NCBI GenBank assembly: GCA_051294375.1
Contig: CM119267.1
Coordinates: forward strand, 16,093,454 to 16,157,453
From: Paraspadella gotoi
Taxonomy: Eukaryota > Animalia > Chaetognatha
Direction of reading: 5' to 3'
Length of the DNA: 64,000 bases
Under the pieces are notes generated by a model. The model was not told the DNA's origin. It made no database searches and saw only the letters and a list, made by a program, of their open reading frames with translations. The stretch's first letter is position 1. Each line of letters begins with the position of its first letter. Of this stretch, positions 1-13,265 are shown piece after piece. A program made the position numbers and the translations under genes.

Positions 1-3000
1 CGACGACGACGACGACGACGACCATGAAGCCGACGACGACGAACACAAATAATCCATAATTGGGCAGAATTGCTCCCCGTCTTCTCGAGCAATGGGGGAG
101 CCACGCCTACCCGAATTTTCCTCCCTCTCGCTCTCTCTATCTCTCATTGGCTTTGGATATTTNNNNNNNNNNNNNNNNNNNNNNNNNNNNNNNNNNNNNN
201 NNNNNNNNNNNNNNNNNNNNNNNNNNNNNNNNNNNNNNNNNNNNNNNNNNNNNNNNNNNNNNNNNNNNNNNNNNNNNNNNNNNNNNNNNNNNNNNNNNNN
301 NNNNNNNNNNNNNNNNNNNNNNNNNNNNNNNNNNNNNNNNNNNNTCTCTCTCTTTCTGGCTCCGGAAGTGACTCCGCTCGTCTTCGAAGAAGCAAACGAC
401 ATAAAATTTTGTGTGAATCGACCATAAAAATGGCGGCGCTATCTGATTGCATTAGAATAAAGCCACTGTGGAGATGAAGACCGAAGAGCGATAACCGGAG
501 AAAAATATGGCACAGCGATTCTTTGTTGTCGCAGTCAACGCAAATGCGGGCGCTATACTTAATAATTCGAATAAAACTTAGGTTTTATTAAATCGAAAAG
601 CGCTATTAAGAAATCGTTGTCGAGGTTGAAAGAACATTTCGCGTTATTGGTCGACGAATATCTAAATTTTTGCAACTTTAAGGGTTTTGTAATTTTTGGA
701 ATCGAGGGTTGCCACAACTGTGGTTATCGAATTCAGTTGGCCACAAATTAATGTCGATCGACCGATATTTAACGAGTTTTTAGATTCTTACAGGGTCGGA
801 GANNNNNNNNNNNNNNNNNNNNNNNNNNNNNNNNNNNNNNNNNNNNNNNNNNNNNNNNNNNNNNNNNNNNNNNNNNNNNNNNNNNNNNNNNNNNNNNNNN
901 NNNNNNNNNNNNNNNNNNNNNNNNNNNNNNNNNNNNNNNNNNNNNNNNNNNNNNNNNNNNNNNNNNNNNNNNNNNNNNNNNNNNNNNNNNNNNNNNNNNN
1001 NNNNNNNNNNNNNNNNNNNGAGAGAGAGAGAGATTTTTTCCAGCCTCTCGCAACCAAGTCGAAAAGGACGGCTTCTGCTTATTTCACGCTGTTTTGAATC
1101 CAAGACAAACATCGACGACGACGACGACGACGACGACAGACGCACCAATGGTTATATCTTCAACGGCGATGGAATCGTTGCATAATAATTAATTGCTTCC
1201 TCAGATGGAACCAATAAAAGCAATTTCGGGTTCATCGCCGAAAACAACGACGATCGGGACGAAGAGGATTGAAATTTTGCTTTCTTAGAAATATATTTGG
1301 AATGAAAATGTATGCGAATTGGTATACTGTTATTAAATCGGATGAATTGGTAATATAATTTATAAACCCCCCCCNNNNNNNNNNNNNNNNNNNNNNNNNN
1401 NNNNNNNNNNNNNNNNNNNNNNNNNNNNNNNNNNNNNNNNNNNNNNNNNNNNNNNNNNNNNNNNNNNNNNNNNNNNNNNNNNNNNNNNNNNNNNNNNNNN
1501 NNNNNNNNNNNNNNNNNNNNNNNNNNNNNNNNNNNNNNNNNNNNNNNNNNNNNNNNNNNNNNNNNNNNNNNNNNNNNNNNNNNNNNNNNNNNNNNNNNNN
1601 NNNNNNNNNNNNNNNNNNNNNNNNNNNNNNNNNNNNNNNNNNNNNNNNNNNNNNNNNNNNNNNNNNAAAGAAAAATAATGGGAAAGAAAAGAGCGAAGTT
1701 TCGATTTGACAGAATCGAGTTTCTTGGATTTTTGTTTCTCATCCTCGGATTTTCTTACTTCTTCGTTTCAGAAAAAAAAAAGGGGGACGGTTCGAGCGAA
1801 AACAAAAGGCTGACGCTGGTCACTCTGCTCTTGGGTCAAATCGGTGGTCACTGCAGAGAGTTGGCGGTCGTTGCTGTCGGTTAAAAAAATGGTGGTCAAC
1901 GAATCGCGGACCGGGAATAAAATACGAGATTTTAAAAGAACAAAGAGTAAAAAAAAAAATTTGAAATTATTAAAATTTCAACGTTTCTGTTTTTGAGTTT
2001 TAATAACTCGGCCAGAGTAAATTTCTCCTGATATTGGCAGGTCCCAAGTTCGTGCCCTCGTCGACCTCAAGGGAAAAAATAAGAAAATTTGTCAAAATGT
2101 ACGTTTCGCTGCCTATTTTTTTTTGGTATTGCTTTGTACTTACTGATAAAAAAAAAAAATATTTAACTTGTCAACAAAAATTTTAGGCCGAATAGGAAAA
2201 TCGCTCTTCGTTCGAAAAAGGAAAACTTAAGGGGAGGACGACATCCAATTCTGTTAATTCGTGCATAGTTTGCATGGGAAAACCCCTTGTTCCCCTTCAA
2301 CAATCATCTATTTCCGAAGTTTAGACACCGAGACTGTTGACAGCGTTCGGGTGGGATTAAGAAAATCGGGAAAAAAAAACAATTTTGAAAAATAATTAAA
2401 TAACCACTGCCAACTTCGAGGTTTACAAGTATAGTTCCAATACCATTACCCCCACGGTGAGGAGAAGGAAGATGGTTTTATTACGTTCCCAGAAATCACG
2501 GTTGGAATCCTTTCACGGTTGTAAAAATAACCTTATACCGTATTATTTGGTCCCCGTTAGAAAAAAAAAAAACTTTCCCCAAAAAAAAGGACCTCGCAAG
2601 CCTGCCCTTCAATGATAAACCAAATATTTTTTGAAAATGGCGACATAACAAAAAATATTTGGGATGCGGAATGATAAAAAAAAAAAAGAGAGGAAGGAGA
2701 GAGACGAAGAGAGAGAAGAAGAGAGAGAGAGAGAAGAGAGCCGGACACTCGGTTTAACTCGTTTGAAAGTTGTTTTTTTTTCGACGTCCACCCGCCCGGA
2801 CCCAGTTCGCGCGTTTTCGAGACCCGTTGCTCGTAACCTTTTGAAAGTTTGAACGATGGAGATCCCCGACGAATGTTTCGCTGAATCTCGAGATAGATCA
2901 TGAATTAAAAAGTCCCTCACGATGAATAAAAGGGCCAAGAAAAAAGAGAGAAAACTTTATTGTTACCCCAATAAAATCCCGTTAAAAACCAATATTCGGA

Positions 3001-3619
3001 ACGGGGCAAAGGTTAAATGGTGATCTTAAACAGCACCTACCCAGAACGTCTTCTCTCTCCTCTCTCTCCTTAAATTGACCAACGGCCATGCAAAAGAACG
3101 CTAAAACTAACTGATATCGTGAGCTGAGAGAGAGAAAGAGACTTAGAGAGAAAGGAGAGGAGAAAGAGAGAGAATGAGAAGAGAGAGAGAGGCCGGGAGA
3201 ATATATTATAAGGGTTAAGGCATAACATTTAATCACCTAGTGACCGGTGGTAAAAAAAAAGGAATACAAATTTTTTGTAAAAGGTGAATGACGGAGGGAG
3301 GAGTTCCCGCCCACGGAGACGCCCAAAATTAAGTCCCCAACTCTCGGTTTAAATAAAATCTTTAATCCCGTTTCCTCGGCAAAAACCCCTGCCGTGATTC
3401 CGGTCCAAAGGGTTGGAAATTTTTGCCGTTGCCATCAAACCGCCGTTATTAGGGTCATTTGTTCCTCGACGATTGTTTACTCGTTGCCCCCGCAACGGCC
3501 CACCGAAATGCAGCGGTCAAGTAAGTTATTCTTTTCACATTTCTTCAAAAAAAATCACGAAAATCTTCAGATGTAAATTTGGGATTTTGCTATGAAAAAA
3601 CGAACGCATCACGCAACCG

Positions 3620-3755
3620 AGCATCGCTAGAGAGAGAGAGGAGGACACAGAGAGACACAGAGAGACACCCGAGAGACACAGAGAGAACCCGAAAGGAACA
3701 AACAGAGAAGACCACAGAGAGAACAGAGAGACACAGAGAGACACAGATGAGACAA
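3620..3755. repeat. Compound GA / GAGACACA microsatellite
   Basis: Repeated gagagacaca-type units are visible directly. Confidence 0.8.
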
Positions 3756-5029
3756 AGCAATTAACATTCATTTTTTTTATTTAAATAATCAAAAAACCCT
3801 ATATAATAAATAGTCTTGGGATTATATAACCAAAACCCAAATTAAAGGCCAAGTATTTTAAAGATTTTCTGCAATTTCTCTGACCTAAAAGTCCCTAACC
3901 AAAAAAAGAGACACTTCCGAAAAAGTGACACCTATTTAAATAGTGGTTTTTCTTAATCCCCCTATACTAGATTGATATTTAATTTATAAAACAAACCAAT
4001 TACCATCCGGTCAGTTACACATTGGCACATTTGCCGCATGAGCTGTCCACTGTCCCGTGATGTGCTTTTCGTTCCCGATGGTTTGCATACTAAAATTGAT
4101 ATGTACAATAGTCGGCCAATATTTTTTCTAACATTTTTACCCTAAACACATATTTTTATTTATGTTTTATTTATCATGTTTACTTTAAATGTTTATAAAA
4201 TTTGCATTTATAAATACTGTGGAATAAAAATACCAATAAATCCTAAAATCCCGCTTCATAGGCAGGAGCATCAGGGAGGCAAGGGAAGGAATCGTCTGGC
4301 TGAGGAGTGAGCTCAAATTAATAATGGCCCGCAAAAGTAAATCTTGAAATTTTTGTTTCGTCTTTTCTAATAATCTGATAAAAAAATTTTAAATTGTTCC
4401 ATTTAAGCTGTTAAAAAAATTATGTTTCATTTTCACTCAAAATTTTTTAGATTAAATTGAAATATAATCTTCGGTTTGCAAATTGCAATTTTACTGCGGA
4501 TTCATTTTAGAAAACCCATAGTAGTTGACTCACTTACTTGTGATTCCCATGACCTCATGATGAGGAGATTAAACTTTGGCTTTCTACCGTAAAAAACTTA
4601 TCTTGAAGAAAAAAATATAAAAAAGTTTTTGCTTCTGTTTCATTTTCTTTTCATTTCAATTCAAATTAAAAAGAAAATCTGATGGTTTTTAGGGTATCCT
4701 CATTGACCGGAAACCCCTTTTGAGAGTCGGAGATCGGAGGTTTGAAAACTCGGAATCTTCTTTCAGGACACACAGAAAAAGCGCTGTAATCTGCCCCTAA
4801 ATTTCAAATCAAATTCAATCAATTAAATTTATCAATCAGCATCCCCGGCTTGTTATCAATTGTCGTCGCTCGCCAAAAATGTCGGTTATTTTTTTCATTG
4901 AAGAATAGGCCCAAAAAATGCCAAGCATCTGATCAAAAATAAATTAACCAGTGGCGGCACCAAAACATGCGTAAATCGTGTTCAAGGGTTAAAACTAAAC
5001 CTGTGACCTGTAGTGACAATAATATGTTT

Positions 5030-6308
5030 TTTAAATTGCATCATTTCTTTTTACTTATATCATTTTTTTCAACTTTCCATATTTTTTTCAACCTTTTTCA
5101 ATTTTCACCTTTTCATCTTTTTTATTTTTTCTCAACTTGCATAATTTTTTTTAACTTGGCCGCAATAAATTTTTTTCCAGCTTGCCCATAACTTTTTCTT
5201 TAACTTTGGCCATAAATTTCAGCCTTGCATAATTTTTTTAACTTGGCATTAATTTTTTTTCACGCTTGGGCAAATTTTTTCAACTTGGCATAATTTTTCA
5301 AGAACTTTGCATAATTTTTTCAACCTTGCCCCATAATTTTTTTCAACTTGGCCATAATTTTTTCAACCTTGCATTAATTTTTCCCCAACTGGCCATTTAA
5401 TTTTTCAACTTGGCCATAATTTGTTCAACCTTGGCCATAATTTTTTCGAACTTGGCCATAATTTTTTCAACTTGGGCATTAATTTTTTCAACTTGCATAA
5501 TTTTTTCTCAACTTGCCATAATTTTTTTCAACTTGCCATAAATTTTTTTTCAACTTGCATAATTTTTAAACTTGCCATAATTTTTTTCACTTTGGCAATA
5601 ATTTTTTCCAAAACTTGCATAACTTTTTTCAATTGCATATTTTTTCAATTTGCATAAATTTTCAACTTGGCCATTTTTTTCAACTTGCAACCCAATTTTT
5701 TCAAAACCTATGCACCAATTTGTTTCAACTTGGCCACAATTTTTTTCAACTTTGCATAATTTTTTCAACTTGCATAATTTTTTCAAACTTTGCATAATTA
5801 TTATATATAAAACCTTTGCATATTTTTTTCAACTTGCCATAAGTTTTCACTTGCCATAATTTTTTTTCAAACTGCAAATTTTTTCAACTTGGCATAATTT
5901 TTTAATTTGGTATAATTTTTTCAACCTGTGCATTAATTTTTTTTTCAACTTGGGCATTAATTTTTTTCAACCTTGGCATAATTTTTTAACTTGCCAAATT
6001 TTTTTCAACTTGCAAATAAATTTTTTTTCACACTTGGGCAATATTTTTTTTTCAACTTGCATTAATTTTTTCACTGCCCATAATTTTTTTAATTTGGCTA
6101 TAATTTTTTCAACTTGCCATAATTTTTTTTTATAACCTTGTATAATTTTTATAATTTTTGCCACCCCTTTTTCAACTTGCACTTACTTTTTTTCAACTTG
6201 CATACTTTTTTTTAAACTTGCATACTTTTTTTAACTTGCATACTTTTTTAACTTGCATATTTTTTTAACTTGCATACTTTTTTAAACTTTGCATATTTTT
6301 CAACTTGC
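5030..6308. repeat. ~20-bp AT-rich minisatellite array, unit ~CAACTTG(GC)CATAATTTTTTT
   Basis: Dozens of head-to-tail copies with variable T-run length. The last ~130 bp switch to the variant AACTTGCATACTTTTT. A short related patch occurs at ~40125-40180. Confidence 0.95.
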
Positions 6309-7677
6309 TGTTAATAAAAATCAATTAAAAGTTTTTATAAGAAAAAAATAATCGAAAAAAATGACAGAAAAAAAACGACCCAAATTCAAGGGTAAAGTTA
6401 AAATCGCTAAAGCGATTTTACAATTCATTCATTCACTATTGATTATGCTTTTTTTTGCACACTTTTTTTCCATCCCGAAGCCCCCTTTGCTGCAGCTCCT
6501 GAAGCAGCGGGACTCAAGCAGACACACCAATACTTCTTCTCCCCTTTTGCTGCCTTCAATCGTCCGCCCTTTATTGCCTCACTCGTTTTGTGTTCGCTCT
6601 CATCGTCGCATGCCTTCCGGTCATCGTCATCGTTTTTGTCGATCCCGATCCTGACACTGAGAATCCAAGCCAGATTACTCAAAGAGATCAGTCATACGGC
6701 AAGGGGGTTCGATGCATTACAATTAAAAAGGCAATTTTTTACATTATCTACCTTTGACTGGTGGTTGATTCACTTTCCTCCATTGCAGCTTTTGTTATTA
6801 TTCTCCAAACGCTTTCGCCAATTCTTTTATCTTTTTTTTTTTCAAAAATCTAAAAAAACTTTTTTGACGAAGAAAAGTTATGGATTAAGACGGTCGATTT
6901 GATTTTTACTGGCAACTTTTCCTTTGCTGTTTTCTTCTGCCATCAATTGCGTCGACGATCGCTTCCTCATTTATTCTTTCTCTTCTAGTTGCAGTAGAAT
7001 TAAAAAATAAGAACTTTCTCAAAATGATAAGGGGAAAAAAAATGTGTTTTTACGCTCGAAAAAAGTTTTGAAACTCAAATAAAAAATTTGGAAAAATTGG
7101 AAAAATTTCCAGAAAAAAGAAATAAAGAAAGATAAAAAATAGCGCGACTTTGTTCATTTAGATGAATTAGGAGATTGCGCAGTGTCTGACCGCATTCGTT
7201 TTTTTCCCAAGAAAAAATTTTTTTTTAATATTTTTTTTTTGCGTTTCCAAGATTAGCCATTTCAATCTTTTGTACTTTTTTCTATGAACGATGTTTTAAG
7301 AATTTTAAAAAAAAGGGATGCGCTCAGAACTTAGATAATTTCCAGGTGAGGCGATATTGAACCAAAAAATGAATGACCCTCCGTCACTCCGTTTGGCGCC
7401 GGAATTTTCAAAGAATTTCATGGTAACCTCTATAATCTTCCGCTTTCCGGAAATGATAGAGGGCCTGCCGTTTTTTCGACGTTCTAAAGTTTAGAATTAG
7501 CTCTAACTAATGAATATAGGCCCAAAAATTGATTCCTCCTCCCCTTAAAAAAAAAAGGAAGAAAGAAAAAAAAAGGGAAAAAGCTAAAAAGTTGAAAAGC
7601 GAAAAAAAAAAAGAGTCAAAGTTGGGAAGAAAAATCGAAAAAAGTTCAATAGTCAAATCATCAGATGTCAATGTTCG

Positions 7678-7726
<49 letters not shown>

Positions 7727-7764
7727 AGGAGAGAGAGAGAGAGAACGGAGAAGAGAGAGAGAGG

Positions 7765-7800
<36 letters not shown>

Positions 7801-8719
7801 AGAGTCACTATGACATCTTTTCCAGGTTCAGGACAAAAATATCGATCAAGAATTTAAAAAGAAACAGAATGTTACAAAAAACAAACTCGAGACGAAACTA
7901 AAAATCCAGCTTTCTTTTCCATAGCGACGACAACGACGTTTTAACAACAAACAACAACAACTTGATCCCTAGCGCCGTTGACCTTTACCCGCGTACTAGT
8001 CGGGGGTGATCAAGCGCCCCCTTCCACACTCTCTCTACCCTCGCCCCCCTCCCCCCCAGCTCCCACTCTCTTCAACCCGAAAATGCGGAAATCTGTGTCT
8101 CGAGGTCTCCGCGTGCCCGAGGGGGCTGAAAGGCAGGACACGACGGACACACAGCCGGCACGGAGCCTGGCACGCAGCGGAAAACAATTCAAATTTCACC
8201 CGATCGGTTTTGATGAGTGTGCGTTTGAGTTGAGCGATTTTTTCGTGGATTTCTCTGGTTTCGAGTTCCAGCCCCGTCCGCTGACATTAGTTGTGATGAT
8301 TAACTGGGCTAAAGGTTAAGACTGTTTCCGTTTGCTTGTAAGAGAGAAGACGAGCGAGGCTAAAAGCTTGGGGAAGAGTGAAGAAAATGGAAGTTGTCTC
8401 GGACGATTCGTATTGGTATCGGAGGCGGGTCTATTCAGTAATTAGGTTAGTTTATAATCCTTTTTTTAAGGACGGCGAAAGGGATCAGGTAGAGAGCCGA
8501 AGGTGATCAATTGAATCCCTGGGGGGGGGGAGAGGCCATAAAATGATTAGATTTACTGGTCCTCGAGAGGGTCCAAGATTCCGTATGTTGTTAAAACAGG
8601 GACCTGTTTAAATTAGGGGCAAAGGCCACGGAATGTGGCGCAGCGTTAATTGGGGCAGTCTTATCATTGGCTACTGACATCGATAATGATATTAATGATT
8701 AATGATATCAAAAGAAATT

Positions 8720-8960
8720 GAGATGTGATAAGTGATAAGTGACAAGTGACAAGAGACAAGACACTAGAGACGAGAGATGAGATATGAGAGATGAGAAATG
8801 ACAGATGATATATGAGTTAAGAGATGAGAAATGACAGATGAGAGATGAGATATGAAAGATGAGAAATGACAGATGAGAGATGAGATATGAGAGATGAGAA
8901 ATGACAGAAGAGAGATGAGAGATGAGAAATGAGAGATGAGAAATTAGAGACGAGAGAAAT
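8720..8960. repeat. 7-mer tandem repeat (GAGATGA/GATATGA/GAAATGA/CAGATGA) with higher-order periodicity
   Basis: The ordered series gagatga-gatatga-gagatga-gaaatga-cagatga recurs several times, preceded by gtgataa/gtgacaa 7-mers. Confidence 0.9.
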
Positions 8961-9269
8961 ATCGAGTAACAAATGAAAAAAACGATGACGACGAGAGAAG
9001 ACGATGATGATAACGATGATAAAGATGTACTCCTTTTTGTTTACGGGGTTAATCTGTTGATTAGTTCGATGATAGTTTAACGAGAAGCGACGTGAGTTAG
9101 CGATCCGCCCTTCGTGTGTACAAAGAACGCGGAAAGAAAAAAAATCGCAGCGAAAAAGATGATAAAATGAAGTGGAATGGGAAAGGAAACACGGCGAACT
9201 AACGAAACAAAAATGTTGATAAAGAACTCATTTGTTTTTTTTTAGTATCTCATTGTTGGGATATAAATA

Positions 9270-9435
9270 GGGTTAATTTTACTTTCACCGACCGGGGTTA
9301 AGGGTTAGGGTTAAGAGTGGTTTAGGGTTAGGGTAATTAGGTAATAATTTTTATTATTTTTTTCAAAAAATAAATATTTTTAAATAGTTTTTCAAAAGAC
9401 GTCAAAACCCCGGTCGGCGAGAGTAAAATTTAGCC
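9270..9435. mobile_element. MITE-like element with ~30-bp imperfect TIRs and internal TTAGGG-like repeats
   Basis: Left arm gggttaattttactttcaccgaccggggtt (9270-9299) versus right arm aaccccggtcggcgagagtaaaatttagcc (9406-9435). TA flanks both sides (9268-9269, 9436-9437), a possible TSD. Confidence 0.75.
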
Positions 9436-10318
9436 TATAAATCTTTAAAAGAAAGTCGAATTGTTGAGAAAATATTTATGATCGATAAGAAGCGAAAATC
9501 GACCGAATATATCGAAACAAAAATATAAACAAATCGAAGATTTTTACTCGAACATCGACTTTTTTTTTTCTTTTGAAATCGAAAAATCCAAGTTTCGCTG
9601 TCGAAATCCGAAGAAATTCGTGAATTTAGTTGTTTTTTAAATTTTCTTTAATTTATAAATCCTTTTTTTTTTTTTTTTGAGAAGAGAAATCTGAAAAGAT
9701 TTGAAGTCTTCCACAGATTCAATGAAGATCTTTTAAGCGAGAGAGGAGAAAATAAAGCGAGAGGGAAAGAGAGAGAGAGGATGAGGAATATTTTTCTCGA
9801 TTCCATAGCGCTTACACACTCTCTCTCTCTCTCTCTCTCTCGTCTCTCTCTCTCTCTCCTCCTCCTCTCCTCTCTCTTCGTCTCGTCCACTTCATCCTCT
9901 CTCGTCCTCTCTCTCTCTCATCTTTCAGCCCGCTTTTAGCCAGTTCGTGATTTTCGATTTTCCATCGCGAGATTTGAGAATTCGGGATCCCACGTCGCGA
10001 TCGAATTTGAGAAGACGGCAACGATTCTCGCCGACGATCCGGGGCGCTCCTACTCTCAATATATATGTTTTCTCCGAAGAAGACGTCGATAAAAAAAAAT
10101 GGGGGCGAAGGAGAAAAGGGGAAAAAAGGGGAAAGGGGAAATAAGTTGGAAAATGGGAATTGGGAATTCTTTTGAAGAAAGGAAATGGGAAAAGATTTGA
10201 AATGGAATCAATTATCATAATGAAAAATAGTTAAGAGATGGAACAATGAGAACAAATCTAAGAAAATATAAGCTGAAATAAGGGAAAAGAGAGAGAGAGA
10301 AGAGAGGAGAAGATGAGA

Positions 10319-10373
<55 letters not shown>

Positions 10374-10636
10374 TAAATTGAAAATGGAAAAGCAAAGTGG
10401 CCGCAAAATGAAAATCTTTTTCCCGACAATTTTGACAAATTTTCCTTTCCCTTGTGCATTTCTTTTTTTTTTTCACGAACATTTGTTTATTTGATTTTTT
10501 TTTGCCGATACGACATATCGAAATATGAAATTAAAAAAAATATTTTCGACGAAGTTTGATATAAAAGAAAAAAATATTACCGGAACGAGAAAAAGGGAAA
10601 TCGCAGAGAGAGAAAGACGTGAGGAAGAGAAAGGCA

Positions 10637-10724
<88 letters not shown>

Positions 10725-10809
10725 GACAAATCGGGAAGCGGAAAAGAAAGAAGCAAGCCCTCGCCCCTCGCTTTTTTTTTTTCTCCTTTCGGAGAACAAC
10801 ACAAAAACC

Positions 10810-10965
10810 CCAGTTCAGCCGCTGGAGCCGCCGGAGCCGGCCGCAGGGCCCGCAGGACGCCGCGAGAGAGCGAGGGCGCGGAGCCGCGGCGGCCGCGGCT
10901 CGGAGCGGCGCGCCGCGGCGGGCGTCTGGCGGCGGCCTGGCGGGCTGCCTTCGGCCGAGAAGGAT
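10810..10965. promoter_or_regulatory. Extremely GC/CpG-rich island, putative regulatory element or UTR
   Basis: About 150 bp of near-pure G/C with many CGCG/GCGGC motifs in an AT-rich background. No recognisable protein in any frame. Confidence 0.35.
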
Positions 10966-12176
10966 TCCCTCTCTTCTCTTCGATGGACGACGACTGGCAA
11001 GCCCTTTTACAAGTCTGGTTAGGGAAATGGACTCGGGAAAAAGGGTGGAGGCGGGGAGGCGGAGAGGAGGAGGAGGAGGAGGAGAAAAGACGGGCGCCCA
11101 AAGAACGTGAAGAGAGAAAAAGCAAGGGAAGATTTTTTTTCTCTCATTTTTGGCAAATAAAGAAAACGAATATATAAAGGCTAATACACTGAAATTTAAA
11201 ATGAAACAAAAAAAAAGCTATTGCATGCTGAAACGGGAACAAAAGGAAGATGACGGAAAAACTGGGAGACAGAAAATGAAGAATGAAACGAAAATATAGA
11301 GATTAGAAACAAATGATTCGAAATGAAACGCAAAATGTACAAACGGACGCCCAAATGAAAGAAAAAAAGAAAAACTTGGCTTTCACGGGAGTGAAAACGA
11401 GTGTAAACGAATAGAAGGGAAGAAAAAAAAAGAACAGACTCGATAATTGATGGGAATAACCGCCTGATTGATTGATTGATAAAGAGAGAGGTAGTCCAAA
11501 TTTAAAGAAAAGAAAGCGGCTGGGATGATGAGAACTAAAAGGGTGGAGCGTTTGTGAGGATCAACTGGTTGAGTTGAAAAAGGGTGGGGCTATTGTGAAA
11601 AGGCTGGTTGAAATGAGTTGGTAACTGGATGAGATGCGAAAAATGAAGAACAGAGAGAGAGAGAGAGAGAGAGAGGGAAGGGTAAAAGAGGGAAAAAAGA
11701 ACGCAGGAAAAAAAAAAAAGCAACTGCGAAAAGATCAAATCGCAAAAGACTGGGGATTTAAAAAAAAAACAACAACTGTCGGCCTAAGGCGCTAATTCAA
11801 GTCGCTAATCAGCAGCGAATTTACCTTCATTGGATGCGGAAAACATCAACAGGTGTACGATTAGAGAGAAGGGTAATGATGGGGAGAGCGGGGGTGGGAA
11901 AGAAAGGGATAGTGGGAAGGATTCGGGTTCAGGGTTAGAACGTCAAGGGGGAAGGGGAAAATCAAAAAACCAACAGAAATTAGAAATAATGAAAGATAAG
12001 TAGAAGAAGAAAGAAGAGAAAGAAAGTTCTTGAAAAACCTGGCGATGGAAGGATGAAAAATTGATAAAGGTAGAAAAAGTGAAAAGAGAGAGATAACGAA
12101 AAAGAAAAGGAAAGAAAGGTTTCCCGCCGCGATAAAAAGAAAAAGAAAGGTAAGAACAGAGGAGAAGAGAGAGAGA

Positions 12177-12232
<56 letters not shown>

Positions 12233-12446
12233 CAATTAAGAGTTTGCGGGGTCGTTTAACGTGAGTTGCGGGGAGAGGAGTTTTCTCCTCTTTGACTGAC
12301 CTGCAATTTTTGCATGGTTGCTGCTCAGCAACAGAGGAAAAAAAATATGAGGAGTCTGATGGACCCCACTTGCGAAAAGAATAGGCGAGAGAGCGAGAGA
12401 GAGAGAGTGGAGAGAGAGAGTGAGAGAAAGAGAGAGAGAGAAGAGA

Positions 12447-12492
<46 letters not shown>

Positions 12493-13139
12493 AAATAAAG
12501 AGAGATACATTGAGAGAGCGGGGGGAGAAAGAGAGGGAAATGCACAGATTTAACGGGGACGAAATGCAGATTTTATTAAAGAGGAATTAAGAAGGATTAA
12601 GCGCAATTACTAGCGAAGGGATTTTTTCCGCTTTTTATCTCTTTCTCAATTCCACGTTACGCTTCAATTTTCTAACCTCTCTCTCCTCTCTCTCATCTCT
12701 CTCCTCCTCTCCTCTCTCCCGATTTCTAAAACATAAAAAATAAAATTAAAAGCTTTACGACGATCCCATTTTTCTCTCTCTCTCTCTCTCCCTTCTCTCT
12801 CCTCCTCTCTCCTCTCTCTCTCTCTCTCCTCCTCTCCTCCTCTCTCTCTCTCTCTCCTCTCTCTCAGTCGTCTCTGATATCGTCCTCCTTTGTTTATTTA
12901 ACGCTCTGTGAAGGTCTAATTTTCGCTCGATTTTAGAAAGAAAGAAAGAAAGAGAGAGAAAGCAGAAAGAGAGAGGAGAGAAGAGGAGGAAGGAGGAGAG
13001 AGAGAGAGAGAAGAGAGAGAGAAGAAGAGCGAAGCTTCGGAATCGCCCGATTTCTCTCTTTTCCTTTTGTTCCTCGAGATCGTGGTTTGACGAATCGTTT
13101 TGAGAATAAAATCACTGCGGAGGATTGGACCGTAATCCA

Positions 13140-13265
13140 CAGATAATATATATAGACTATGCCGAGCGCACATTTGTAGCGGAATCTGGGGCGGCAGGCG
13201 GCGGCCAGGGTCTGGCCGGGGCGGCAGCGGGGAGCAGCAGCCAGGGGGCGGGCGGGGCTTTTTAG
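13140..13265 (-). promoter_or_regulatory. Putative promoter: GC boxes/CTCF-like core followed by a TATA-like run on the minus strand
   Basis: GGGGCGGGCGGGGC (13245-13258), CCAGGGGGCG core (13241-13250), and TATATATA at 13147-13154, which lies downstream on the minus strand. Motif evidence only. Confidence 0.3.

Noticed and set aside
770-802. Minus-strand ACCCTGTA resembling the miR-10 5' end
   Set aside because: Only 8 nt match; the remainder (agaatctaaaaactc) diverges from miR-10 and no star arm is evident. It abuts a gap.
1815-1852. Clustered GGTCA half-sites as a possible retinoic-acid response element
   Set aside because: Spacing is 6 and 10 nt and two half-sites are TGGTCA, so it is not a canonical DR1/2/5.
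4967-6182. Many F/N/L/H-rich ORFs
   Set aside because: Translations of the 20-bp minisatellite.
5030-6308. Array as a CRISPR locus
   Set aside because: No unique spacers, no cas genes, eukaryotic context.
10473-11177. Overlapping 110-182 aa ORFs
   Set aside because: Open only because of GA/TC repeats and a GC island; no domain recognised.
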